A stretch of 64,000 bases of DNA, taken from Nannocystis bainbridge. GTDB taxonomy: Bacteria; Myxococcota_A; Polyangia; Nannocystales; Nannocystaceae. The DNA is taken from positions 3,392,001 to 3,456,000 of the forward strand of contig NZ_JAQNDL010000001.1 in assembly GCF_028368995.1 (NCBI RefSeq), in the 5' to 3' direction. Both the position numbers and the translations under genes were made by a program. Position 1 is the stretch's first letter; each line of letters begins with the position of its first letter. The notes beneath the pieces were generated by a model. The model ran no database searches. It was not told the origin of the DNA and saw nothing but the letters and a program-made list of their open reading frames with translations. Below, piece by piece: positions 1 to 8,714 of this stretch.

Positions 1-535
1 CGCATCGGCGGTCCCACGACTCCGTCATGAACGCGCAAAGTCTCGCGGCACGGGCCTCCGGCGGCTCCGCGGCGACCGCCTGCAGCGCCGCCACGAACGC
101 CGCGTGATCGCCGGCCCACAGCATCGACTCTCCGTTCGCGAAGTCGACCTCGCCCGCGACCTCGCGATCGTACGCATCCCCCAACAAGATGCTCTCGAGC
201 GTCGTCGACGGCCCCTCGCCGACCCGCAGCCGCAGGATCACCGCGAAGCGAGCCCCGCAGTCGCAGCCGAACCATTCGTCCTCGTCGACCAGCAGCTGCA
301 CCACCGTCGGATCGACCGGCTCGCGCACCCGCCACCACGACCCCTCCCACGCTCGCGCCGTCCCGATCGCCTCGCTGCCGGGCTCGAGCGGCTGAGGATC
401 GCCAGACCTGAACCACCGGTTGCACAGCCCGTAGAACTCCGGCCCGAAGAATTTCGTCTGTCCGTCGAGCCAGAAGCGGTCCCCGCAGCGCGGACAGCTC
501 GCTTCGCCGGAGTAGATGTCGAACGCTCCCATCGC

Positions 536-1918
536 TCACGGATCCGAGAGCAGGAGCAGGTTGGGGAAGCCGCCGAAGAGCAGGTCGTCGACGCCGTCGC
601 CGTTGACGTCGCCGACCGCGGTGTACGTCGGCGTGTCGACGCCCGCACGCGAGAGGGGCAACGGGGCGGGCGGCCACGGATCCTGGCCCAGCGCCGCCGT
701 GAAGCCGGACACGCCCCCGAGCGCCACGTCGAGGCGGTCGTCGCCATCGAAGCGTCCGCGCACGATGAGCGAGTACTTGTCGCCGGTCAGCACCGCCTCC
801 GGCTCGGCCAGCGTGCCATCGTCTTCGACGGTGAACGAGCGCAGCACCGCCTGCGCGTCCTCCTGAACCAGCACCACCAGCGCGGGCCGTTCGCCATCGG
901 CCGGATCGACGACCAACACCGGCCCGATCTCCCCGCTCCCGGTCAGCAACTGGCCCGGAGCGAAGGTCCCGTCCCCGGCGCCGAACATCGTCTCGATCGC
1001 ATCCTCCTCGGTCTGCCAGCGCTTGATCACCAGGTCGAGGTTGCCGTCCTCGTCGAGGTCGAACAGGACCACGCCATCTCGCACGATCATCGGCGCGGGG
1101 AACAAGTTCGAGGTGAACCCACCGAGGCCGTCGTTCAGCGCGACCGCGATGCCTCCGTTGTCGACGGCGACCACATCGAGGTCGCCGTCGCCGTCGATGT
1201 CGCCGTGGTCGCAGCCGCGCGCCTGCACCGGCAAGCCGATCGTGCTCGCCGGACCGAAGGCGCCCATACCTGTCCCCAGAGACAGCTCAGGATCGGAGTT
1301 GACGCCGCAGGCGAACAGGTCGGCCACGCCGTCGCCGGTGAAGTCGGCGAAGCTCATCTCGTCGGGGAACCCGAGCGGCTTCCACGTGGGCCCGGGGGTG
1401 AAGCCGCCCTGCCCGTCGCCCAGCTGGACGATGTAGCTCATGGCCGACATCGTCGCCACCTCGGCGGACGCTCCCAGCGGCAGCGGCTCGCTCGGATTCG
1501 GCGCCGGAACGATCGGCAACGGGAGCGCCTCGAGGGTGAACATGTCGAGGTGACCGTCGCCGTCGAAGTCGACGAACGTGACGTTCGAGATGAAGTCGAG
1601 GAAATCGAGCTCGATCGCCGCGAAACACAGCTCACCGGGCGTCGCCACGCCGTCGCCACAGCCGGCCTCGACAGGATCGCCGGTGGTGCTGGTCGTGCCG
1701 GTGCTCGTCCCGTCGCTCGTCGTCGTGCCCGCGGTCGTCGTCGGCGCTGTGGTCGACGTCGGGCCTCCTGTCGAAGAAGCGCTGACGCCGTCGCTGGTGG
1801 ACGTCGCGGCGCTCGAAGTGTCGCTCGATGTCTCGCCCTCGGTCTCGCTCCCGACGGGGTCGGGCGTACAGGCGAGCCCCGCGGCGAGCGCGAGCGCGAA
1901 GCAATCACGAACGATCAT
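536..1918 (-). CDS. FG-GAP/VCBS-repeat lipoprotein with Thr-rich stalk (3' exon of the group II intron)
   Basis: Lipobox LAAGLAC, Ser/Thr-rich linker, repeated DxDGDGxxD motifs (DFDGDGHLD, DFTGDGVAD, DIDGDGDLD, DVNGDGVDD). The ATG at 1918-1916 is the intron's 3' terminus; the original ATG is at 3933-3931. Confidence 0.85.
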   Translation of the reverse strand: MIVRDCFALALAAGLACTPDPVGSETEGETSSDTSSAATSTSDGVSASSTGGPTSTTAPTTTAGTTTSDGTSTGTTSTTGDPVEAGCGDGVATPGELCFAAIELDFLDFISNVTFVDFDGDGHLDMFTLEALPLPIVPAPNPSEPLPLGASAEVATMSAMSYIVQLGDGQGGFTPGPTWKPLGFPDEMSFADFTGDGVADLFACGVNSDPELSLGTGMGAFGPASTIGLPVQARGCDHGDIDGDGDLDVVAVDNGGIAVALNDGLGGFTSNLFPAPMIVRDGVVLFDLDEDGNLDLVIKRWQTEEDAIETMFGAGDGTFAPGQLLTGSGEIGPVLVVDPADGERPALVVLVQEDAQAVLRSFTVEDDGTLAEPEAVLTGDKYSLIVRGRFDGDDRLDVALGGVSGFTAALGQDPWPPAPLPLSRAGVDTPTYTAVGDVNGDGVDDLLFGGFPNLLLLSDP

Positions 1919-3930
1919 TGGTAGATCCTACCCTTCCTCTGCTTGAGCCGGAGGAAGGGCAGGACCCCCGTTCAAACCGTGCATGCGGATTTCCCGCACA
2001 CGGCTTACCGGTGGTCTCTCGAGCCGCCGCATTACGCGGCCTCCGGGTACTGCACGGTCCCCCGTAGACGGTGGAGACCGTGGTTGTGGAAGAAGTCGCG
2101 CGTCCAGCTCTCGACCTCACCTGCGCGGAGGTGCCGGCCCTTGCGCCTCATCATGAAGCGACGAAGGCGAGACCACACGTAGGTGTCGATCCGGTTGAAT
2201 TTCACGGCGGCGTTCCCGGTGCGGAAGTAGTTACCCCAGCCACGCAGCACCGGGTTGATGTCACGGATGATCACCCGCACATCTTTGGCCCCGTTGCGGT
2301 TCGAGCCGGTCAGCTCCTTCACGCGCTGCCGTGCCCGCGTCATGCTACGCGTCGAGGGCCAGCGCTGGAGGAAGTACACCCTGCGATGTTCCTTCTCCCA
2401 GATCGGCCCGGACATGCGCTTGCGCAGGTGGCAGCCGAGGAAGTCGAAGCCTTGCCGTCCCCAGCTCAGCTCGACTCGCCTCGTCTTCTCGGGATGCAGT
2501 TCCAGCTTGAGACGCCGCAGGATCTCGCGGACCCTGACCTCGGCCTCCTCGCACGCCTTCCTGGTCCCGCACAGGATCACGAAGTCGTCGCAGTAGCGCA
2601 CGAGCTCGCCCAGATGGGCGTGCCGTCGCTGCCACAGCTTGTCGAGGACACCGAGGTAGATGTTCGACAGCAGCGGTGAGATCACGCCGCCCTGGGGTGT
2701 CCCCGAGAGCATCGCCGTCACCTGGCCGTCTTCCATCACGCCGGCTTCGAGCCATTGCCGCACCAGCTTGAGGACCCTTCGATCCGAGATCCGCATCTCG
2801 ACGAGCTTCATCAGTCGCTCGTGATCGATGCTGCCGAAGTAGTCGCGGATGTCAGCGTCGAGCACATGGTTCCCACCTCGAGCTCCCAGCACGCGCAGTC
2901 GCTCGAGCGCCTGCGTCGCGCTGCGCTTCGGCCGGAAGCCGTACGAGCACGGAAGGAAATCCGCCTCGAAGATCGGCTCCAGCACCAGCTTCGCCGCCAT
3001 CTGCACCACTCGGTCCCGGACTGTCGGGATCCCCAGCGGCCGCTTCTTCCCGTCCGCCTTCGGGATGTACCGCCGCATGACCGCGCTCGGTCGGTACGTC
3101 CCGCCCTTGAGTTCGTCGGCGATCTCTTCGAGGAAGCGATCGACGCCGAGCTCTTCCACCTCGGCCAGCGTCTGGGCATCGACGCCCGCTGACCCCCTGT
3201 TCTTCTTCACCCGCCTCCATGCTTCCTTCAGGACGTCACGCCTGAAGATGCGGTCGTACAGCGCATGGAAGCGTCGACCCGGTTGCCGCTTGGCTGCGGC
3301 CCACAGTCGGCGTCGAAGTTCTCGCACTTTGTCACGCGGCCTGCGCCGCGTGGGGTGGTTGGGACCTGTCCTGCAGGCCATGCCCTCGCGCTTACCTTCT
3401 TCTCCGACACGACCACCCCAGGGGTCCTTCCCTCCGACTGCGTTGTTCTGCGCCGCCATCGCCGGTACTACGACCCCCTCGGACTCCCGCTGCACAGCGC
3501 TCGACTTCGCCTTCGGCTTATACGAGTCGCATCGCCCCGACACGGGCCGTGCAGACGGGCCTCTCCTGTTCCGCATCGCTCCTTGAACGCGTGCTGCGCC
3601 CCATACCCCGGGAGGACCCATCGCGCTTTCTGCTCCGGATGACTGCGCGGTGGGCGTGGCCTTCGCCGTGAGATGAGCGGCTCGGCTCCCCCATTGTTCA
3701 TCTGTCGAGGCTGCAGGCTTCACTTGATGTTGCGGCCCGCGTTCTTGCTCCCTCCGCAGAGGCTCTTGACGCCCCGCTCGGGCCGCGAGAATCTCTCCTC
3801 GCGCCTGGGGCCTGCTACCGGGCGCTCCGGCGCCTACCCGGGCGGGACTTTCACCCGCTGGAACGGTGCAGCATGACGCGGCCGAGCCGCCCCCTCCGGG
3901 GCCGAGCTCGTCCGCGTCGTCAGGACGCAC
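1916..3930 (-). mobile_element. Group II intron (ribozyme plus RT/maturase, no endonuclease domain)
   Basis: 5' end GTGCG at 3930. Domain V AAGCCGTGTGCGGGAAATCCGCATGCACGGTTT near 2006-1974. Domain VI hairpin GGTCCTGCCCTTCCTC...GAGGAAGGGTAGGATC with bulged A followed by CCAATG. J2/3 CGA at 3481-3479. RT ORF inside. Confidence 0.93.
2032..3381 (-). CDS. ltrA: Group II intron reverse transcriptase/maturase
   Basis: KVRELRRRLW, GSAGVD, RPLGIPTVRDRVVQ, SYGFRPKRS, DADIRDYF, GTPQGGVISPLLSNIYL, RYCDDFVI, FDFLG, maturase LRGWGNYF; no HNH domain. Likely start ATG 3381; the frame is open back to 3933. Confidence 0.95.
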   Translation of the reverse strand: MACRTGPNHPTRRRPRDKVRELRRRLWAAAKRQPGRRFHALYDRIFRRDVLKEAWRRVKKNRGSAGVDAQTLAEVEELGVDRFLEEIADELKGGTYRPSAVMRRYIPKADGKKRPLGIPTVRDRVVQMAAKLVLEPIFEADFLPCSYGFRPKRSATQALERLRVLGARGGNHVLDADIRDYFGSIDHERLMKLVEMRISDRRVLKLVRQWLEAGVMEDGQVTAMLSGTPQGGVISPLLSNIYLGVLDKLWQRRHAHLGELVRYCDDFVILCGTRKACEEAEVRVREILRRLKLELHPEKTRRVELSWGRQGFDFLGCHLRKRMSGPIWEKEHRRVYFLQRWPSTRSMTRARQRVKELTGSNRNGAKDVRVIIRDINPVLRGWGNYFRTGNAAVKFNRIDTYVWSRLRRFMMRRKGRHLRAGEVESWTRDFFHNHGLHRLRGTVQYPEAA

Positions 3931-4076
3931 CATCGCCCCACGCTATCAGACGCCGGCCGCGCGGTCGAGGGGCGCAGCGTCGACGAGGCTCCATGCCCGA
4001 GTACGCCCCGGGAACCTCCTTGCAGCGCTACGCACCTCGCCGCCACCGCAGCAGCGATCCGTCACACTTCGCTATC

Positions 4077-4119
4077 TCAGGACCGCACGTCGAGCACGCG
4101 CCCCATCCCGGCCCAGCGC
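4077..4119 (-). repeat. Displaced copy of the 3' end of the EF-Tu-like gene (attR-like direct repeat)
   Basis: 4077-4109 is identical to 8715-8747 (33 bp). The match continues to 4119 versus 8766 with a 9-bp in-frame deletion, and includes the stop codon. Confidence 0.9.
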
Positions 4120-4223
4120 CTGATCTCGCATCATGATGTGCACTTCGGCGCATCTTCGAGCGCGACGGGCCTTGCGATGGTCGGAGGGGCGTGTGATAGC
4201 CTACCTCGACGAAGGGTGTTCTC

Positions 4224-4604
4224 ATGATTTGCACGGTCTTCGCCAACGGGCGCGGTGTGGTCCACAGACAGAGCGGAGGCGTCAGCGTGGTGTTCCCGGA
4301 CGTGTGCAAGACGCCGACGCCGGGCGGCCCGGTGCCCATCCCGTATCCCAACACGGGCAAGGCTTCGGACACTTCCAAAGGGCCGAAGAGCATCTCGGTC
4401 GACGGTTGCATGCCGATGGTCGAGGGCGCCCAATACAGCCGTTCGTACGGGGACGAGCCGGGGACTGCCGGGGGCGTGATCTCGGGCACCAACCGAGGCC
4501 CCTGCGAGTTCATGAACTTCTCCTTCAACGTCAAGTTCGCGGGCAAGAATGTTTGCCGTCTTGGCGATCCGCTGCTGCACAACAAGAGGAACATCGGCGG
4601 GTGA
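4224..4604 (+). CDS. PAAR-like DUF4150 spike-tip protein
   Basis: TVFANG...FPDVCKTPTPGGPVPIPYPN...SYGDEPGTAGGVISG...SFNVKFAGKNVCRLGD, a typical DUF4150 pattern. Confidence 0.92.
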   Translation: MICTVFANGRGVVHRQSGGVSVVFPDVCKTPTPGGPVPIPYPNTGKASDTSKGPKSISVDGCMPMVEGAQYSRSYGDEPGTAGGVISGTNRGPCEFMNFSFNVKFAGKNVCRLGDPLLHNKRNIGG

Positions 4605-4614
4605 GGTCGCACAG

Positions 4615-5760
4615 ATGGTGCAGATCGGTGAACCCGTGGGAGTGTCCGGAGCCTCCAGTCCGCCCCCGGACTGGGCGGCCGAGGTGATCGAGGTCAGCTT
4701 CAATTCCGGGATCGCGGCGGCGCGGGACAAGGCTGCCATCCGAGCTCCCCACTGGAGCATCGGCGAAGATTTGTCCGACCTCTGGAAGCTCACCCAATCG
4801 CTCCGATTGCCCGAGGCCCCCTACTCGAAGAAGGCCGCCGTGTATCTCGTGGAGGGCGCTGGCGGCCCGAGAGAGGTCGAGGTCAAGGTACGGGTCAGCA
4901 AGTGCGTCAACATCTCCGGCATGGGGAAGTTGGTCGGCTCGCTCGGGCTCATCGTCATCGAAGGCGAATGCCCGCTCGCGGTCGGGCAACACACGGTCAA
5001 GGCGCAGATCCGGGAACTTCCCGAAGCCATCGCCCACCTCCGCGGCCTGCTCCAGTGGGGAATGGAAGCGGACAAGTTCGGCTGCTGGGCGCTCAATGCC
5101 AGCCTGGTCGAGTTGTTCTTCATCCTGGCCCGGCCGATCGCGGCTTACACACCTGGGGTATGGGTCGAAGCGCTGCGACTCGTCTGTCTCCGCGGGCCGG
5201 TGCTCGGTTTCAAACCGGACGAAGAAGCCAGGGTGGTCGCCAACATCACCCGCTACTGCCACTCGGACCACGAGATGAAATACGACACGCTCGGCGGCGA
5301 CGCGTCTTTCGATGTCGCCGGCGACGGCGGCGCGTTCAACCTCTCGAATTATCTGGCCAGGGCGACCTCGACCCTCAACTGTTACGATCAGGCCGGCGCA
5401 GTCCAGGCGCTCGCAGGTGCGGTCGGTGTCGTCGTCTCCTGGATCTACCTCGCTCCGTTCGGATGCATTCACACGACGGACCTCGTGGGCGTCGGGCGGT
5501 GCAACAACCCCTTCTTCGCCTTTATCGGCAGCGAGCCGGTCGTCGCCCCCGACGATCCGCAGAGGACAGCTTTCGGCAACCACGCCTTCGTCGAGCACGG
5601 CAAGATCCATGACGCCTGCGCCGGGCCGCACATCGGGACCGAGTCGCGCCCCCAGTACGTCGCAACTACGATCGACGCGGTCGCCACACGCGAGCAGGGG
5701 TACGATCCAGGCACCGCCGCAGACATGGAAATTTGCCCGGGTGTGACCAGCATCGTATGA
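4615..5760 (+). CDS. Putative T6SS effector with transglutaminase/papain-like Cys-His-Asp motifs
   Basis: ATG 4615 with GAGGT RBS, directly after the PAAR gene; motifs NCYDQA, FGNHAF and IHDACAGP. Confidence 0.6.
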   Translation: MVQIGEPVGVSGASSPPPDWAAEVIEVSFNSGIAAARDKAAIRAPHWSIGEDLSDLWKLTQSLRLPEAPYSKKAAVYLVEGAGGPREVEVKVRVSKCVNISGMGKLVGSLGLIVIEGECPLAVGQHTVKAQIRELPEAIAHLRGLLQWGMEADKFGCWALNASLVELFFILARPIAAYTPGVWVEALRLVCLRGPVLGFKPDEEARVVANITRYCHSDHEMKYDTLGGDASFDVAGDGGAFNLSNYLARATSTLNCYDQAGAVQALAGAVGVVVSWIYLAPFGCIHTTDLVGVGRCNNPFFAFIGSEPVVAPDDPQRTAFGNHAFVEHGKIHDACAGPHIGTESRPQYVATTIDAVATREQGYDPGTAADMEICPGVTSIV

Positions 5761-6668
5761 CGCTCCGCCTCACAGCGCTGGTGCTGCTGGCCTTCGCGCC
5801 TGGATGTGGCGCCCCTCATCGACCCGATCCACAGCAAGACAGTCGAGGAGCTCGCTCGATCATGACGAACCCCAAGGCCGAGACACTGAAGAGCAAGCTC
5901 GAGCTCGACAAGGTCGAGCTCACCGAACCCGCGCGAGGCGTCGAACTCGCGTGGACGACCGCGCTGGTGCGAGGTTTCCTGCCGGGCGCGAAGTGGGAGC
6001 TGCTGGGAGATACCACGCTCCCCGTCGAGCCCGGTGAAGCGATGCACAAGTGGATCTGGGGCGACGGGGCCGCCCGCCTCACCGTCGCGGTGTTCGTGTC
6101 GAGCGACGGTCCACTCGTCGCGCGCCGTCGACTCGTCACGCTCGCCACGGAGAACATGCGCCCGGACGTACCCTTCATCCGTGGTCCGGCAGATCTGGGC
6201 GATGTCTCGACGATCTTCGCCGTCCCACCCGCCTTCGCCCATCTGATCTGGGCTTACACGAACGTCTGCGTCGCCATCAAGACTCAGGACGCACCGGGCA
6301 TCGATGTGACGAACATCGCCGCAGCGATGCAAGAACACCTCGCCCGTCACGTCGTGCCACGAGTCAAGGGGGCGACGCCGCAGATCGAGCACGCGGAGCC
6401 GTCACTCAAGCAGGTGCCGGTCGGTACACCACTGACGATTCGGCTCCGGATGCGAAGCGAGGATGCTCCCCGCGAGCTGCAGGTCGCCATCAAGGAGCGT
6501 AACTCGACGCTCCGGATCGCCGGCGACCTGGGCCTCGTCACGACCTTGAGCGTCGACACGCCGGGGCCGCGGAAGCTGACCATGATGGTCGCCGACAAGA
6601 GTACCTTGCTGTCGACCTGGGCCAGCGTGATCTTCGAGGTCACGCCCCCGGCGCCGGTTAACGACTGA
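5757..6668 (+). CDS. Lipoprotein, putative immunity protein
   Basis: ATGA overlap with the preceding stop codon; signal peptide MTLRLTALVLLAFAPGC. Confidence 0.65.
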   Translation: MTLRLTALVLLAFAPGCGAPHRPDPQQDSRGARSIMTNPKAETLKSKLELDKVELTEPARGVELAWTTALVRGFLPGAKWELLGDTTLPVEPGEAMHKWIWGDGAARLTVAVFVSSDGPLVARRRLVTLATENMRPDVPFIRGPADLGDVSTIFAVPPAFAHLIWAYTNVCVAIKTQDAPGIDVTNIAAAMQEHLARHVVPRVKGATPQIEHAEPSLKQVPVGTPLTIRLRMRSEDAPRELQVAIKERNSTLRIAGDLGLVTTLSVDTPGPRKLTMMVADKSTLLSTWASVIFEVTPPAPVND

Positions 6669-7704
6669 CGACGACCGCCGCCCGGGGCGCTCCCTCCGAG
6701 GCGCACCAGACGAGGCTCGAACCGGGGCTATCACCCCGCATGAGCTCCACCGCGGCGAGACCCAACAACACGGGGCCCGACGCCGCGCCCAGGTCGCCGA
6801 AGCAGTCGGCGGGGTGCCTCAGGTGCAGGCCGTCGCGGAACGCCGAGCTCGAGCGAATCGCGGCCACGCCCCACTCCTTCGCGCCGAAGCTCTCGCCGTT
6901 GAGGCTGCAGAATACGCTGCTGATCGAGGCATCGGGCGCTCCCGCGACCGCCGCACGGACAGCATCGGCGAGCCCGTCGCCGAGATGCGGCTCCTCGCTG
7001 CGGCGATGGCCCCGCTCCTCGCCGAGGCCAGGCGCAGCGACATGAGCGATGCCGACCGACTCCGGCGTCCTCCGCTGCGCCGAGAGCAGCAGAAACCCTG
7101 CCCCCTCGCCCGGCACGAAGCCATCCGTGACCCCGCAGGCATGCACCCGGCCCGCCCGATCCAGCAGTCCCAGCAGCTCCGGATCGACGTGACTGTCCAC
7201 CCCGCCGACGAGCACGTAGGGCTGTCCCTGCTCGTGCAGGAGCCGCGAGGCGTGCTCCAACACGGCGATGCCCCCTGCACGGCCCTGGAAGGCCGTCGAG
7301 CTGTGCTCGCGGCTGAATGTCACGTTCGTCTGGACCCGGAGCTGCATCAAGAATTCCGCCCCGATCGCCGCTTCCTCTGCCGCGTAGGGCTCGGGACCGA
7401 CGAGCAGGAGAGGAATGGTGTCGACTCGAGCGACCGGTGACACGGCCTCCCGGAGCGCGCGCGTGGCCAGCCGCAGCATGCGCTGGTGTCGCCTCGACAG
7501 TCGCCTGTTCCGCGCCAGCTCCGGAGCGAGCGGCGGAAGGTGCTCGTCCTCCAGGAAGGCGACGATCATCGGCTCCCCCTTGGAGTTCCAGAACGAGCTC
7601 TCGCGCTGGCGGCTGATGCCCGCCCGCACGGCCGCCGCTGTCGCCGCGGCCTTGAGTCCCACGGCCGTGATCACACCCACTTGGTGGACCCAAGCGCCTG
7701 TCAT
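6658..7704 (-). CDS. T6SS-associated beta-ketoacyl-synthase/thiolase-like protein (PRK06147-like)
   Basis: GVITAVGL..AATAAAVRAGI, VGGVDS, GFVPGEGAG, NGESFGAKEW, HPADCFGDLGAASG; ATGA overlap with the DUF2169 stop. Confidence 0.85.
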   Translation of the reverse strand: MTGAWVHQVGVITAVGLKAAATAAAVRAGISRQRESSFWNSKGEPMIVAFLEDEHLPPLAPELARNRRLSRRHQRMLRLATRALREAVSPVARVDTIPLLLVGPEPYAAEEAAIGAEFLMQLRVQTNVTFSREHSSTAFQGRAGGIAVLEHASRLLHEQGQPYVLVGGVDSHVDPELLGLLDRAGRVHACGVTDGFVPGEGAGFLLLSAQRRTPESVGIAHVAAPGLGEERGHRRSEEPHLGDGLADAVRAAVAGAPDASISSVFCSLNGESFGAKEWGVAAIRSSSAFRDGLHLRHPADCFGDLGAASGPVLLGLAAVELMRGDSPGSSLVWCASEGAPRAAVVVSR

Positions 7705-8714
7705 GCCAGCCTCAACTCTTCCAGCCACAGCGTGGCTCGCTCGATCTGCAGCACCCGCTTGTCGCACGATGTCGCGGCTCGCCAGACCATGCACAATCGC
7801 CGCGCGTCCGGCTCGATCAGCACCGTCTCGAGCTCCGGCCGCAACGTTCTCCTATCACCAGCGATCCTCACTTCGATGAAGAAGCGACAGATCGGCAGGA
7901 GACAACGCAGCGGTCCCTCCACAGCGGCGTTCTCGAGCCGCACCGCCTCGCCGCCTCGCAGATATCCGGGGGCACGGAGGACCTCGGGCGCCACGTTGAA
8001 GAACCGCGGGTCGAAGTCATGCGGGAGATAAGGGGCGCGGTGACGATGCCATGCCTCGTCGTAGGTGCCTGCGCACTCCCTCCGCGGCGACCAGGCGGGG
8101 GCCACGGGTGCGAAACACGCCGGGATGGCGGCATCGCCGGCTCCCAATACCGGCGACCGAGGATCCTCCAAATTGGGCAGCAGCAACCCCTTCATGGCCC
8201 GCCCGCGAGCCCCGCGGAATCCTCGTCCGACTGGGTTTCGCGGCTCGTCACGCGGCGGGCCCTGCTCGGGCACGTAGCAGCCCCCGAACGCACGCTCGTA
8301 AACCAACGGCATGGCGACGAAGGGCACCGGCGTGGTGGCCCGCGACAGCGAGGCTGCCCCGGTCCAGAAGCGGTCGCCGACCACGCGGACGGCTCGGCGA
8401 ACGTCCGCGACCGCGAATTCGACCATCAGTTCACTCACCGCCTCGCCGCGAGGCGCGTGGGCTTGGCCGACGAGGAGCACGTCCGTGGATGGCTTGGTGG
8501 GGTGGCGATCTGCGGGATAGCGAATGCTCGACTGTCCGGGCTCGCCCCAATACACGTCACTGGCGTGCAGCGGTACCTGTTCCTCGGCGACGCGCAAAGG
8601 GCTGCCGAGCTCGAAGCTCGCCTTCACCGCCACATAGACCGTATCGACGCCGCGAACATCCGGAAGGACGTCGAGCCCGGCGCTGAACGGCGTGTTGTTG
8701 GTGACCTGCAGCAT
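7701..8714 (-). CDS. DUF2169 T6SS adaptor/chaperone
   Basis: NNTPF start, KPSTDVLLVGQAHAP, YERAFGG, NPVGRGF, AGTYD..W, DFDPRFFNVAP, L.VW end. Confidence 0.92.
   Translation of the reverse strand: MLQVTNNTPFSAGLDVLPDVRGVDTVYVAVKASFELGSPLRVAEEQVPLHASDVYWGEPGQSSIRYPADRHPTKPSTDVLLVGQAHAPRGEAVSELMVEFAVADVRRAVRVVGDRFWTGAASLSRATTPVPFVAMPLVYERAFGGCYVPEQGPPRDEPRNPVGRGFRGARGRAMKGLLLPNLEDPRSPVLGAGDAAIPACFAPVAPAWSPRRECAGTYDEAWHRHRAPYLPHDFDPRFFNVAPEVLRAPGYLRGGEAVRLENAAVEGPLRCLLPICRFFIEVRIAGDRRTLRPELETVLIEPDARRLCMVWRAATSCDKRVLQIERATLWLEELRLA

Noticed and set aside
100-420. GATCG/CGCG-rich stretch at the window start
   Set aside because: No consistent period, convincing ORF or stable structure could be established by eye.
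1917-1921. Canonical AY 3' splice site (after ...CTAC or ...CCAAT)
   Set aside because: Both junctions give a stop within a few codons after ligation and neither pairs with gamma=C; the G at 1916 satisfies both tests.
104-1924. 606-aa plus-strand ORF
   Set aside because: Antisense to the FG-GAP lipoprotein; composition typical of a shadow frame.
2032-3381. RT as a retron, DGR or defence RT
   Set aside because: It has group II intron RT and maturase motifs and is flanked by a GTGCG 5' end and domains V and VI.
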